Shown piece after piece: positions 1 to 10,309 of a stretch of 64,000 bases of DNA. The DNA comes from Flavobacteriales bacterium UBA6196 (GTDB lineage Bacteria > Bacteroidota > Bacteroidia > Flavobacteriales > Weeksellaceae): the NCBI GenBank assembly GCA_002422665.1, contig DITA01000047.1:2700-66699 (forward strand), given 5' to 3'. Every line of letters starts with the position of its first letter. The first letter of the stretch is position 1. The notes under the pieces were generated by a model that saw nothing but the letters and a program-made list of their open reading frames with translations, was not told the origin of the DNA and did no database searches. Position numbers and translations under genes: made by a program.

Positions 1-226
1 TATAATTTATAGATTTTGACAATATTTTGTTAAAAAGTCTTAAAAAAAAATTCCGCAGGATTTCCAAAATAGGAGCCTCGCGGAAATTTTTTTTTAACAA
101 ATGAAAGACAAATGTTAAAAAATGTTAAATTTTTTGATTAACTGACAATTATCAAGTCCTAAAAAACTTGTATGATATACTTTTGTCTTGTCTAAAAAAG
201 AAATCTACACAGATAATCAAATAAAT

Positions 227-889
227 ATGAAGAAAAGAGTTTTGCTAAGTTTGGTTGCAATTATTTCCATCTTCTCGTTGCAATCTTGTGTAACAAACTA
301 CGTTGTTTCTACACCTACAAAATACAAATCTAGTACCAAACTAGATAAAATAAACACTAGAAATCTAAATTCTGCAAGCAAAAGTTCTTATGATAGCTAT
401 AATGCAACTTTTGAAATGGCAAAAAAATCAGAAATGGCTGCTTTGATTACAGGAGCGATTTCTCATGCTAAAACGATTGATGATATTCTAAGTGAAGCGA
501 ATACTTATTTAGGAACTCCTTACAGATTTGGTGGTTCTACCAGAAGTGGAATAGATTGTTCAGCATTCGTTTTAAACGTTTATGAAGAAACTACAGGTTT
601 AGAATTGCCAAGAGTTGCTGCAGAACAAGCTGAGCTAGGAGAAAGAGTAGAGAGACAGCAATTGCAAAAAGGAGATTTAGTTTTCTTTGCGCACAACAGG
701 AGAATCTCTCACGTAGGAATAGTACAAGAAGTTACACCAGAAGGAGAAATTAAATTTATTCATGCAGCTACATCTAAAGGCGTTATGGTTTCTTCACTTA
801 ATGATTCTTATTGGGGACCAAAATATAGATTTGCCAAAAGAATTTTAAAAGAAGATCAAAATATTGCTACAGCAGAAGCAACGAATTAA
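227..889 (+). CDS. NlpC/P60 (C40) cell-wall endopeptidase lipoprotein
   Basis: YRFGG..GIDCSAF, HVGI and FIHA motifs; lipobox LQSC. ATG 227 preferred over TTG 188. TACTTTTG promoter element at 178-185. Confidence 0.9.
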   Translation: MKKRVLLSLVAIISIFSLQSCVTNYVVSTPTKYKSSTKLDKINTRNLNSASKSSYDSYNATFEMAKKSEMAALITGAISHAKTIDDILSEANTYLGTPYRFGGSTRSGIDCSAFVLNVYEETTGLELPRVAAEQAELGERVERQQLQKGDLVFFAHNRRISHVGIVQEVTPEGEIKFIHAATSKGVMVSSLNDSYWGPKYRFAKRILKEDQNIATAEATN

Positions 890-916
890 TATAGATTAAT
901 TAAATTAAATAGTGAT

Positions 917-950
917 AAAAAACCTCCGCAAATCGTTGCGGAGTTTTTTT
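917..950. terminator. Bidirectional intrinsic terminator between convergent NlpC/P60 gene and rodA
   Basis: CTCCGCAA/TTGCGGAG stem flanked by A- and T-tracts. Confidence 0.85.
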
Positions 951-952
951 AT

Positions 953-2182
953 TTATACGAGTGAATTCTTATCTGCGTAATTTAATTTAAAGAAAATAGC
1001 GGTCATAATAGAGAATGCTAAAAGAGAACTTCCTCCGTAACTGAAATAAGGCAGTGGAATTCCCACTGTAGGAAATAATCCCATTACCATTCCTAAATTG
1101 ATGGAAAAGTGCATGAGTAATATTCCAGCAAAACAATAACCGAAAACTCGATTAAAAGTATTTTTTTGAGTTTCGGCTAAGTAAAATATTCTCCCGATAT
1201 AAATGGCATAAAATAACACCAAAAGAAAACTTCCGAAGAAGCCCCATTCTTCTCCCACTGTACAGAAAATATAGTCTGTTTCTTGTTCAGGAACGAATTT
1301 TCCTTGAGTTACCGAACCTTGTTTATAACCTTTTCCCCAAAATCCGCCAGAACCAATAGCCGTTTTAGAATACAATAAGTTATAACCAGAAGTATCTCGG
1401 AAAGCTTTTTCGCCTTTGTAGAGAACTTCTATTCTTTCTCTCTGATGCTTTGGCAATTTCTCCATGATTTTTGGAGTTCCAAAACTGATGCCTGCTAAAA
1501 TTCCCAAACTTCCGACAATGGTGATTATCGTAGGAACGCTCCAATGAATTTTTTGATAATTAAAGAGAATAAAAATGAGGACTAAACCTACTAAAACTCC
1601 AGTAATGTATAAAGGATTAAACGCAATCGACAAAAGAAAAACAGCTGCTAAAACAAATCCTACTATAAATAACCAGCCATTTAAACCTTCTCTGTATAAA
1701 GCAATTGCAAATGCGGTAAAAACTAATAAAGAACCTACATCTGGAATGGATAAAACAACTAAAGCTGGCACTCCAATAATCGCCAGAACTGTCAATTGTG
1801 ATTTTCTCATTTTCAGATTAAAATCAGGTCCAGAAACGTAATTGGCGAGCATAAGTGCTGTCCCGATTTTTGCAAATTCTACAGGTTGCATAGTAAAACC
1901 GCCAAACTTGTACCAGTTTTTTTGACCTAAAATTTCAGTTCCGAAAACATGTAAACCTGCTAATGAAAGGACGCCCAATATGAAAAAAATTCCTGCAAAG
2001 TTTTCGAAAAACTTTGTTCTCATGGCGAAAATTACAAGTCCTACCACGATGGAAATTCCAAAAAATATAAATTGTTTGGTTCCTAATCCTTCATCTACAC
2101 TATAAATATTTGCTATTGAAAAAAGTGAAATAGCCAAGTATAGAAAAATGCCAAGTTTATCAATTCCTTCTGCCCATTTCAT
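953..2182 (-). CDS. rodA: Rod shape-determining SEDS protein RodA
   Basis: QPVEFAK, AIGSGG, PEQETDYIF and LPYFSYGGSS motifs; directly downstream of PBP2. Confidence 0.95.
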   Translation of the reverse strand: MKWAEGIDKLGIFLYLAISLFSIANIYSVDEGLGTKQFIFFGISIVVGLVIFAMRTKFFENFAGIFFILGVLSLAGLHVFGTEILGQKNWYKFGGFTMQPVEFAKIGTALMLANYVSGPDFNLKMRKSQLTVLAIIGVPALVVLSIPDVGSLLVFTAFAIALYREGLNGWLFIVGFVLAAVFLLSIAFNPLYITGVLVGLVLIFILFNYQKIHWSVPTIITIVGSLGILAGISFGTPKIMEKLPKHQRERIEVLYKGEKAFRDTSGYNLLYSKTAIGSGGFWGKGYKQGSVTQGKFVPEQETDYIFCTVGEEWGFFGSFLLVLFYAIYIGRIFYLAETQKNTFNRVFGYCFAGILLMHFSINLGMVMGLFPTVGIPLPYFSYGGSSLLAFSIMTAIFFKLNYADKNSLV

Positions 2183-2185
2183 CTT

Positions 2186-4183
2186 TTACGTTTTATTATT
2201 TTTTGTGGTGTCTTTTAATTTTTTAGGGTTTTGTGCTGCCTTTTTTTCATTGAGTAATCTAAGGCTGTCTTCTAGTTTTTTCAGTTGAATGGCGTCTGGT
2301 TTTGGAGCAGTATACCAACCTTTTTTAGTAAGATGATTGATGTACATTCGCTTGTACTCACCCATGAAACTAGATTTTATCATTCTATCGTAGAGATAAG
2401 TTCTCTTGATATCTCCTAACAAATATTTTTCAGCGATAATGGTAGAAGCTGGACCTGCCCAAGTTGCACCAAAACCAGCGTGTTCTATTACCGCAACCAC
2501 CACAATTTTGGGTTTGTCAGCAGGTGCTGCCATTACAAAAATTGAATTATCTTTTCCTCCAGGAACCTGTGCAGTTCCTGTTTTTCCGAGTTGTGTGAAT
2601 TCTTTAGAAGCAAGTCCTCTAGCTGTTCCGCCAATGAAAACATCTTTCATACCTTTTAGAACCACATCAAAATATCTAGGTTCTACTTTGGTCACATGTT
2701 TTTTCTTAAATCTTTCGTCTGGATTTGGTTTTCCGTCAATAGATTTTACAATATGTGGCGTAAAATACCAACCTCTATTAACAATAGCGGCAGTAAAATT
2801 TGCCATTTGAAGCGGAGTAAGTAGAACGTCTCCTTGTCCCATTCCATTAAAAATAGCAGATTCATATGGATGCCATTTTTCCCCTAATCTTTTCGTGTAA
2901 AATTCTCCAGAAGGAATTTTTCCTTTTGCACCAACTGCCAAGTCATTATTCATGAATTCTCCTAAACCGAAGCTGTTCATGATTTCTTTCCATTCATCTA
3001 TGGCTCTATTTCTTCCTTTTGGACCGTATTTTTCGGTGATTTTATAATAAACACTAGAAAAATAATTGTTACAAGATTTTTCTATGGCTTTTTCCATTCC
3101 GATAGGCCAATAAGTACCACAGTGACAACCGATGGTGTGTCTTCCCATTCTATAGCCATGTCTACATGTAAATTTTGTAGAATCACTGATGACTTTCATT
3201 TGATAACCAGCTAATGCGGTCAACAATTTGAAAGGCGAACCTGGAGGATAAGCTGCCTGAACTGAACGGTCATAAGTAGGTTTGTTGTCATAGATGGTGT
3301 CGTTTGCCAATCTATAAATATTTCTTTTTTTGTTAGGTCCTGTAAAAAGATTTGGGTCTATGTCTGGACCAGTTGCGAGCGCTAAAATTTCTCCATTATT
3401 GGGGTCAAGTGCTACAATTGCACCATGCTTATTCACGAGCATTTCTTCGGCGATTCTTTGCAAATCATAGTCTATGGTAAGCGTTAAATCTTTACCAGAA
3501 ACCACTTCTTTATCTAACTCACCGTTTTTATAAGGGCCTACATTTCTCAGTTTAATGTCTTTCTGAATGTAGCGCATTCCTTTTTCGCCACGCAATTGTT
3601 TTTCGTAGGCACGCTCTATTCCTGTAATTCCAGCAATATCACCGGGCAAATAATAAAGAGAATCTTTTTTGATGTAATTTTCGTTGACCTGATTGGTATA
3701 GCCAAGTAAATTTCCTGAAGTAGAAACTTCATACTTACGTTGAGGTCTTTCTACAATATTAAAAGCGGGATATTTGAAGATAATTTCCTGAATTCTAGCG
3801 ATTTCTTCTCTACTCATATCACTTTTGAAAGTCATAGGAGTGAGCTTAGAGTAATATTTTTCCTTTTTAATGGACTCTATTTTTTTGATGAAATCTTTTT
3901 TGCTGATTTTTAATAAATTACAAAAACCCAAAGTGTCAAAATCTGGCGTCATTTGACTTTGGGTGAAAGAAATTTCATAAGAAGGCTGGTTACCTACTAA
4001 AATTTTTCCGTTTCGGTCAAAGATAATTCCGCGTTGAGGAATGACATAGTCTATTTTGATAGAAGTATTGGCTGCATTGAGCGCATATCTATCTGTAAGC
4101 AACTGTAAATAGACCAATCTTGCCACAAAAATTGCGGCAATGAGAAAAAGAAATAAGGTAATTTTATAATAGGCTGTTTTCAA
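2186..4183 (-). CDS. mrdA: Penicillin-binding protein 2
   Basis: PGSPFK (SxxK), SCN and GKTGT motifs; in mre operon. Confidence 0.93.
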   Translation of the reverse strand: MKTAYYKITLFLFLIAAIFVARLVYLQLLTDRYALNAANTSIKIDYVIPQRGIIFDRNGKILVGNQPSYEISFTQSQMTPDFDTLGFCNLLKISKKDFIKKIESIKKEKYYSKLTPMTFKSDMSREEIARIQEIIFKYPAFNIVERPQRKYEVSTSGNLLGYTNQVNENYIKKDSLYYLPGDIAGITGIERAYEKQLRGEKGMRYIQKDIKLRNVGPYKNGELDKEVVSGKDLTLTIDYDLQRIAEEMLVNKHGAIVALDPNNGEILALATGPDIDPNLFTGPNKKRNIYRLANDTIYDNKPTYDRSVQAAYPPGSPFKLLTALAGYQMKVISDSTKFTCRHGYRMGRHTIGCHCGTYWPIGMEKAIEKSCNNYFSSVYYKITEKYGPKGRNRAIDEWKEIMNSFGLGEFMNNDLAVGAKGKIPSGEFYTKRLGEKWHPYESAIFNGMGQGDVLLTPLQMANFTAAIVNRGWYFTPHIVKSIDGKPNPDERFKKKHVTKVEPRYFDVVLKGMKDVFIGGTARGLASKEFTQLGKTGTAQVPGGKDNSIFVMAAPADKPKIVVVAVIEHAGFGATWAGPASTIIAEKYLLGDIKRTYLYDRMIKSSFMGEYKRMYINHLTKKGWYTAPKPDAIQLKKLEDSLRLLNEKKAAQNPKKLKDTTKNNKT

Positions 4184-4686
4184 ACTTTTTCTTTGATTTT
4201 AAATGCTAACGAATAGAGGAGTACAAATATTATAGAAATAACACTGGTTACTAAAATATTAAGTATTACTTCAAAAAACCTGTCGAATTTAAAAAATTCT
4301 ATACTCTGAACTAATAGTTGATGCACAAAAATACTTGAAAAAATATAAAATAAAAACTGTGACCACTGAAGATTATGGAAAGAAAATACATCCGAAGAGA
4401 CTTCTGTGGAAGTTTTGAAAATAATGGTTCTAAAATAGGCGATAAGTGTAGTGGCAAATGCATTGATACCCCAAGTTCCTAAAAATGCGTCTATAGATAA
4501 TCCTAAAATAAAACTCGCCGATAGGAAAATGTAGAGATTTCTGTAAAAAGGATAAAACAAAACAAAAATAATGTAGATGACAGGAGTATATTTACCAGCA
4601 ATATCTATTCTGTTAAATAAAAATATTTGCAATGTGACTAACATTGCGATTAATAAAACATCTGTAAATAAATTTCTACTGATCAT
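4180..4686 (-). CDS. mreD: Rod shape-determining protein MreD
   Basis: Hydrophobic 168 aa protein between mreC and mrdA. Confidence 0.85.
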   Translation of the reverse strand: MISRNLFTDVLLIAMLVTLQIFLFNRIDIAGKYTPVIYIIFVLFYPFYRNLYIFLSASFILGLSIDAFLGTWGINAFATTLIAYFRTIIFKTSTEVSSDVFSFHNLQWSQFLFYIFSSIFVHQLLVQSIEFFKFDRFFEVILNILVTSVISIIFVLLYSLAFKIKEKV

Positions 4687-5527
4687 TGTTTATTGTGGCG
4701 TCAAGGGTATCTTGAATTTGTTTTACTTCTAATTTTTTTAAATTTCTTACAACATAAACTTTGTTAAGTTGCCCCATTTTTTGGCTTAACTCTACAGAAA
4801 TATCCCAATATCCTGTTTTAGAATCTACCTCATAGCCCGCAACTCTACCAATCATAATTCCTTGTGGGAAAATTGCAGATTTACCATCTGTAACTACGGT
4901 GTCGCCAACTTTTATTGGCACATATTTAGGAATATCTGATAAATGCATCGTTCTGGAGTTTTCGCCTCTCCAAGTAAGCGTCCCGAAAAATCCAGAATCT
5001 TTGAGCGCAGCATTAATTCTAATTTTGTTCATGCTGAGTACAGATTGCACTAACGCATAATTTTTAGTGGTATTGATAACAATTCCTGCAATTCCTTGTG
5101 GTGCAATTACGCCCATTTTTGGGAAAACACCATGTCTTTTTCCTCTGTTAATGGTAAAATAATTATCTTTTCTAATAATAGAATTATTTACAATTTCACC
5201 ATCTACGAAAGTATAAATTTGTCCACCACCAATCGTGTCGGTAACTCTTACAAAACTAGGATTTTTAATTTTTTCTTTACCGTATAATTGTTGCATAAGC
5301 GTTTTGTTCTGAGCAACTAATTCTTCATTAATTTGCTTCAGTTTTAAGTAGCTGGTTCCTTCGTCTATGTAACCAGAAACCCAAGCATTAAACGCGGTAG
5401 TTTGTGCTGCAATAAAAGATTGTTGCATTGAGTTTCTACTGAAAATCAATGTTACAGCAATTATTTGTAAAAAAAGAAAGAACAGAAATAATCCGTTCTT
5501 GCTAAATAATCTTATCAAAAACCCCAT
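4676..5527 (-). CDS. mreC: Rod shape-determining protein MreC
   Basis: TM helix, coiled coil, GDTVVTDG..IFPQGI motif. Confidence 0.93.
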   Translation of the reverse strand: MGFLIRLFSKNGLFLFFLFLQIIAVTLIFSRNSMQQSFIAAQTTAFNAWVSGYIDEGTSYLKLKQINEELVAQNKTLMQQLYGKEKIKNPSFVRVTDTIGGGQIYTFVDGEIVNNSIIRKDNYFTINRGKRHGVFPKMGVIAPQGIAGIVINTTKNYALVQSVLSMNKIRINAALKDSGFFGTLTWRGENSRTMHLSDIPKYVPIKVGDTVVTDGKSAIFPQGIMIGRVAGYEVDSKTGYWDISVELSQKMGQLNKVYVVRNLKKLEVKQIQDTLDATINNDQ

Positions 5528-5546
5528 TGTATAACTAGGTTTTTAC

Positions 5547-6572
5547 TTATTTTATAAGGAAGTTAAATTTATCCATGTTTTTAAGAGCAATTCCTGTTCC
5601 ACGAACAACTGCTCTTAATGGATCTTCTGCTACGAAAACTGGTAATCCTGTTTTCTTGTGAAGTCTGTCTGCTAATCCTCTTAATAAAGCACCACCACCA
5701 GCTAAATAAATACCAGTTTTGTAAATATCTGCTGCTAATTCTGGCGGAGTAAGAGAAAGCGTTTCCATTACTGCATCTTCTATTCTGATGATAGATTTAT
5801 CTAGAGCTCTTGCGATTTCTTTATAACCTACCATAATTTCTTTTGGTTTACCAGTAATTAAATCTCTACCTTGTACTGGAATATCTTCTACTTCTACATC
5901 TAAATCTTCTACTGCAGAACCTACTTCTATTTTCACTCTTTCTGCTGTTCTTTCTCCGATGTATAAGTTGTGATGAGTTCTTAAGTAATAAGCAATATCA
6001 TTCGTGAAAACATCACCTGCAATTTTTACAGATTTATCACAAACAATACCACCAAGAGCCACTACTGCAATTTCTGTAGTACCACCACCTATATCGATAA
6101 TCATGTTACCTTCAGGTTTTTGTACATCAATTCCTACACCTATTGCTGCAGCCATTGGTTCATAAATTAATCTTACTTCTTTAGCATTTACTTTTTGAGC
6201 AGAATCTCTTACCGCTCTTTTTTCTACTTCTGTAATGCCAGAAGGAATACAAATTACAATTCTAAGAGAAGGCTGAATTAATTTTCCTTTGATGCCAGGA
6301 ATTTGTTTGATAAATTCCTTAATCATGTGTTCTGATGCAGCAAAATCTGCAATTACACCATCTTTTAGCGGACGAATCGTTTTAATATCTTCGTGCGTTT
6401 TTCCTTGCATGTGTTTCGCTTGTTCTCCTACAGCAATTGCCTTTCCAGTTGAACGCTCGATAGCCACGATTGACGGTTGGTCAATCACGATTTTATTATT
6501 ATGTATGATAAGTGTGTTCGCTGTTCCTAAGTCTATCGCAATTTCTTGCGTGAACATATCAAATAACCCCAT
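5547..6572 (-). CDS. mreB: Actin-like rod shape protein MreB
   Basis: IDLGTANT, DIGGGTT and GGGALL motifs; TATCTTTG promoter at 6597-6604 (minus). Confidence 0.97.
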   Translation of the reverse strand: MGLFDMFTQEIAIDLGTANTLIIHNNKIVIDQPSIVAIERSTGKAIAVGEQAKHMQGKTHEDIKTIRPLKDGVIADFAASEHMIKEFIKQIPGIKGKLIQPSLRIVICIPSGITEVEKRAVRDSAQKVNAKEVRLIYEPMAAAIGVGIDVQKPEGNMIIDIGGGTTEIAVVALGGIVCDKSVKIAGDVFTNDIAYYLRTHHNLYIGERTAERVKIEVGSAVEDLDVEVEDIPVQGRDLITGKPKEIMVGYKEIARALDKSIIRIEDAVMETLSLTPPELAADIYKTGIYLAGGGALLRGLADRLHKKTGLPVFVAEDPLRAVVRGTGIALKNMDKFNFLIK

Positions 6573-6773
6573 TTTCTTCTATAAATTTTTAAGTGACAAA
6601 GATATAAATTTCAGAGCATTTAAAAATAATGAAAAACAAAAAATATCGTTAAAATTTTATAAATTTTTAAATGCTTGTTGTAACTTTAAACTCGAAACTT
6701 TAAAAATTATTTTTCTCTGTTGAGAATTTAATGAATTTCAATTCTTAAAATAATTTAATATTCAGATTTTCAA

Positions 6774-7190
6774 ATGATTAAAAGAATTAGCCCAGAAGAG
6801 ACTTATCTTCTTAGACGAGAAATCCTTAGAAAAAATCTTCCTCAAGAATCGCATGAGTTCAGTGGTGATTTTGATGACCAAACTTTTCATCTAGGTTATT
6901 TCGTGGAAGATAGAATTGTGGGAATTATTACCGTCTTGCAAAATGGACAAATTGCTCAAATTAGAGGAATGGCAGTTTCAGAAGATTATCAAGGAAAAGG
7001 AATAGGAAAAAAATTGGTAGAAAAAGCTGAGGAAATTCTGAGAGAAGCTCAAATTCAAAAAATTTGGATGAATGCCAGAGAAACTGCATCAGAATTTTAC
7101 CGAAAATTAGGGTATAAAATTGAAGGTGAATTGTTTAACATAAAACCCATCGGGTTTCATTATGTGATGACCAAATATTTCAATTCATAA
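6774..7190 (+). CDS. GNAT acetyltransferase
   Basis: MAVSEDYQGKGIGKKL (motif A), NAR..A..FYRKLG. Confidence 0.88.
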   Translation: MIKRISPEETYLLRREILRKNLPQESHEFSGDFDDQTFHLGYFVEDRIVGIITVLQNGQIAQIRGMAVSEDYQGKGIGKKLVEKAEEILREAQIQKIWMNARETASEFYRKLGYKIEGELFNIKPIGFHYVMTKYFNS

Positions 7191-7258
7191 CATCTATTAA
7201 AATATGATGAAAATTAGAAATTTTATATCATAATAATGATTAAATTTGCAGACTTGAA

Positions 7259-8536
7259 ATGAATTCTCTTGCGAAGACATATAATACACAGAACTTCACT
7301 GTTTTAAGCATTAGTTTTGAAAAAGCCAATGCCGAAATCAGAGGTAAATTTGCGTTTTTTGATGAACACGTAAAACAGTTCGTAAAAGAAATTCATGAAA
7401 AGAAACTGGGTGATGCATTTGTAGTTTCTACTTGTAACAGAACCGAAATTTACACTACTTCAAGTAATTACATGGCCATTGCAGAGATGTATTGCAAGAG
7501 TGTAGAAGTAAGTTTGATGGATTTTATGCAGTTTGTAAATGTTCAGAAAAACGAAGAAGCCTTATATCATCTTTTCAGAGTTTCTGCAGGTTTAGAAAGT
7601 CAGATTTTAGGAGACTTCGAAATCATTGGTCAGATAAAAAATGCTTACCATCGCTTCAAAAAACATAAAAGTTTTAGCAATCCTTATTTAGAAAGAGCCA
7701 TCAATTCGGCGATTCAAATTTCTAAAAGAATTAAAAACGAAACCGCACTTTCAAACGGAGCAGCTTCTGTTTCTTATGCAGCGGTTCATTATATCTTAAA
7801 AACTCAAAAACAGATTTCAGAAAAGAATATTCTTCTTTTGGGAACTGGAGAAATCGGTCAAAATACTGTAGAAAATTTGGTGAAACATGTTTATCAGCCA
7901 AAAGTAAAAATCGCCAACCGTTCTTATGAAAAAGCAGAGAAAATTGCAGAAAAGTATAACATTCCGCAAATAGCTTTTGAAAATTTCGAAGAAGAACTGA
8001 AATCTACAGACATTCTTATCGTTGCAACTGGCGCTTCGCACCCGATTATTCACCAGAAACATTTTCCGAATGGAAAAGAAACATTGGTGATAGACCTTTC
8101 TATTCCGAATAATGTTGATAAAAAAGTGGCGGAAAATAAAGCGGTACAATTGGTAGACGTAGACGAATTGTCTAAGCATATTCAGGAAACCATAGAACAG
8201 CGCAAGAAAGAAATTCCTAAAGCGGAGAAAATCATCAAGGAAATGACTAAAGAATTTTTGGCTTGGGAAAGAAAAAGAAAATTCGCACCGAATATTCATC
8301 AGTTTAAAGCTGCGCTGAAACACATAGAAGACCATGAAATGCATAATTTCCACAGAAAACACAGATATGTGGATATAGAAGACATGGAACTCACCGAAAA
8401 ATTGATTCAAAAAATCACCAATAGATTTGCGAAATATATCATCGAAAATCCGCTTCGTGCCGAAGAAGTTACTAAGTTGATGAACGAAATTTTGGTAGAA
8501 CAACCTAAAGAAGAGTTCAACAAAAAACATCAGTAA
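7259..8536 (+). CDS. hemA: Glutamyl-tRNA reductase
   Basis: STCNRTE and GLESQILGD motifs; TAAATTTG at 7241-7248. Confidence 0.96.
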   Translation: MNSLAKTYNTQNFTVLSISFEKANAEIRGKFAFFDEHVKQFVKEIHEKKLGDAFVVSTCNRTEIYTTSSNYMAIAEMYCKSVEVSLMDFMQFVNVQKNEEALYHLFRVSAGLESQILGDFEIIGQIKNAYHRFKKHKSFSNPYLERAINSAIQISKRIKNETALSNGAASVSYAAVHYILKTQKQISEKNILLLGTGEIGQNTVENLVKHVYQPKVKIANRSYEKAEKIAEKYNIPQIAFENFEEELKSTDILIVATGASHPIIHQKHFPNGKETLVIDLSIPNNVDKKVAENKAVQLVDVDELSKHIQETIEQRKKEIPKAEKIIKEMTKEFLAWERKRKFAPNIHQFKAALKHIEDHEMHNFHRKHRYVDIEDMELTEKLIQKITNRFAKYIIENPLRAEEVTKLMNEILVEQPKEEFNKKHQ

Positions 8537-8591
8537 TTTTAGAATTTACGATTTAGGATTTATCAAGTTTTCAAGAAAATAAATTTTTATA

Positions 8592-9500
8592 ATGATTAGA
8601 ATAGGTACCAGAAATTCGCCTCTTGCAATGTGGCAAGCAAAAGAAGTAGAACAAAAATTACAAAATTTAGGCTACGAAACAGTACTGGTTCCTGTGCTTT
8701 CTTCTGGTGATAAAAATCTTAATCAACCGCTTTATTCTCTAGGAATTACGGGCGTTTTTACCAAAGATTTAGATATCGCTTTACTCAATAATGAAATAGA
8801 TATTGCAGTACATTCTCTGAAAGATGTTCCTACTATTTTACCTCAAAATATAGAAGTTTCTGCCGTTTTGGAAAGAGATTTTCCGCAAGATGTTTTGGTG
8901 AGAAAATCTTCTTCTAAAAATAAAGATTTAGCAGAACTTAAAATCGCAACCAGCAGTTTGAGAAGAAGAGCTTTTTGGTCAGAAAAATTCCCGAACACTC
9001 AGTTTTCAGACATTCGAGGAAACGTACAAACGCGATTAAAGAAATTAGAAGAAGGAGATTTTGATGCTACACTTTTTTCTTTGGCAGGCATTAAAAGAAT
9101 GGAAATGGAGTTGGAATATGAAATGCTTGATTTTATGATTTCTGCACCTAGTCAGGGAGTTGTAGCAATTTCGAGTAGAGTAGATGATGTAGAAACCAAA
9201 GCAATTTTGCAAAAAATCAATCATAAAACCACTCAAATTTGCGTTGAAATAGAACGTAATTTCCTCAGAACTTTAGAAGGTGGATGTACTGCGCCAATTG
9301 GAGCAATAGCTATTTTTGAAGAAAATAAAATCAAATTTTCGGGAAGATTAAATTCTTTAGACGGAAGTAAAACGATAAATGTAGTTGAAGAATTTGAATA
9401 TGATGATTCTGAAAATTACGGGAAAAAATTTGCAGAATTTGTGCTTGAAAACGGAGGAAAAGAAATGATGGAAGAAATTAAGAAACAAATAAAGGAATAG
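8592..9500 (+). CDS. hemC: Hydroxymethylbilane synthase
   Basis: RIGTRNSPLA, VHSLKDVP, SSLRR and GGCTAP motifs. Confidence 0.96.
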   Translation: MIRIGTRNSPLAMWQAKEVEQKLQNLGYETVLVPVLSSGDKNLNQPLYSLGITGVFTKDLDIALLNNEIDIAVHSLKDVPTILPQNIEVSAVLERDFPQDVLVRKSSSKNKDLAELKIATSSLRRRAFWSEKFPNTQFSDIRGNVQTRLKKLEEGDFDATLFSLAGIKRMEMELEYEMLDFMISAPSQGVVAISSRVDDVETKAILQKINHKTTQICVEIERNFLRTLEGGCTAPIGAIAIFEENKIKFSGRLNSLDGSKTINVVEEFEYDDSENYGKKFAEFVLENGGKEMMEEIKKQIKE

Positions 9501-9507
9501 AGTCATT

Positions 9508-10179
9508 ATGAAAATCCTTTTCACTAAAACAGGAATCGAACATGAGGTTTCAGAGAAATTAGAAACCGGTTTTTCTTGTGATTTTAAGGATTTTATAGCG
9601 ATTGAAAAAATTAAAACAAAGCCTTTTCCACTTAAGAATTCTTCGCTTATTTTCACGAGCGTAAACGCTGTAAAATCTTTCTTTGAAAATGGTTTTCAAC
9701 CGAATGAAAATTTCCAAGAAGCCCATTATAATAAAATCTACGCGGTAGGTCTTAAAACCAAAAAAGAATTGAGAAATAACGGTTTTGGAACTTTTAAAGT
9801 GAAGAAACATCTCAATGATTTGTCTGAATTTATTCTCAAGCATAGCCAAAAAGAAAATTTTATTCATTTTTGTGGAAATTTAGCACTTGATATTTTAGAT
9901 AAAGCATTACCTCTTCAGAATATTTCTTACAAAAAAGTGGTGCTTTACAATACTAAAATTCTCTACCCAGAAATTCATGAAAAATATGAGGCTGTAGTTT
10001 TTTTTAGTCCAAGTGGAGTTCGTAGTTTTGCAAAGTTTAATTCCTTAGAAAATTTGAAAATCTTTTCTATCGGACAAACCACAGAAAAGGAGCTGAGAAA
10101 ATTTACACAAAATAAAATTTTTACCAGTAAAGAAAGCAATTTAGAAGATTTAATTAAAATAATAATGTCTCACAGATAG
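9508..10179 (+). CDS. hemD: Uroporphyrinogen-III synthase
   Basis: IFTSVNAV and FFSPSGV motifs; between hemC and hemE. Confidence 0.88.
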   Translation: MKILFTKTGIEHEVSEKLETGFSCDFKDFIAIEKIKTKPFPLKNSSLIFTSVNAVKSFFENGFQPNENFQEAHYNKIYAVGLKTKKELRNNGFGTFKVKKHLNDLSEFILKHSQKENFIHFCGNLALDILDKALPLQNISYKKVVLYNTKILYPEIHEKYEAVVFFSPSGVRSFAKFNSLENLKIFSIGQTTEKELRKFTQNKIFTSKESNLEDLIKIIMSHR

Positions 10180-10294
10180 CACAGATTTTTAATTTAAAAT
10201 TTAATTTTTTCATTGATTGAAATTAAATCAGTTAAAGACTAAGAAATAGAAATCTTGAATTTATTTTCTGTGAAAATCTGTGTAATCCGTGAGA
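10168..10294. repeat. 22-bp imperfect inverted repeat built of CACAGATT-type units
   Basis: TCTCACAGATAGCACAGATTTT (10168-10189) versus reverse complement of 10273-10294 (TCTCACGGATTACACAGATTTT); 19/22 match. Confidence 0.75.
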
Positions 10295-10309
10295 AGCAAA
10301 ACAAGAAAA

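Noticed and set aside
7817-8530. 237-aa ORF antisense to hemA, and the many other antisense ORFs in the track
   Set aside because: Shadow frames of well-supported genes; Phe-rich composition mirrors Lys/Glu codons; no motifs
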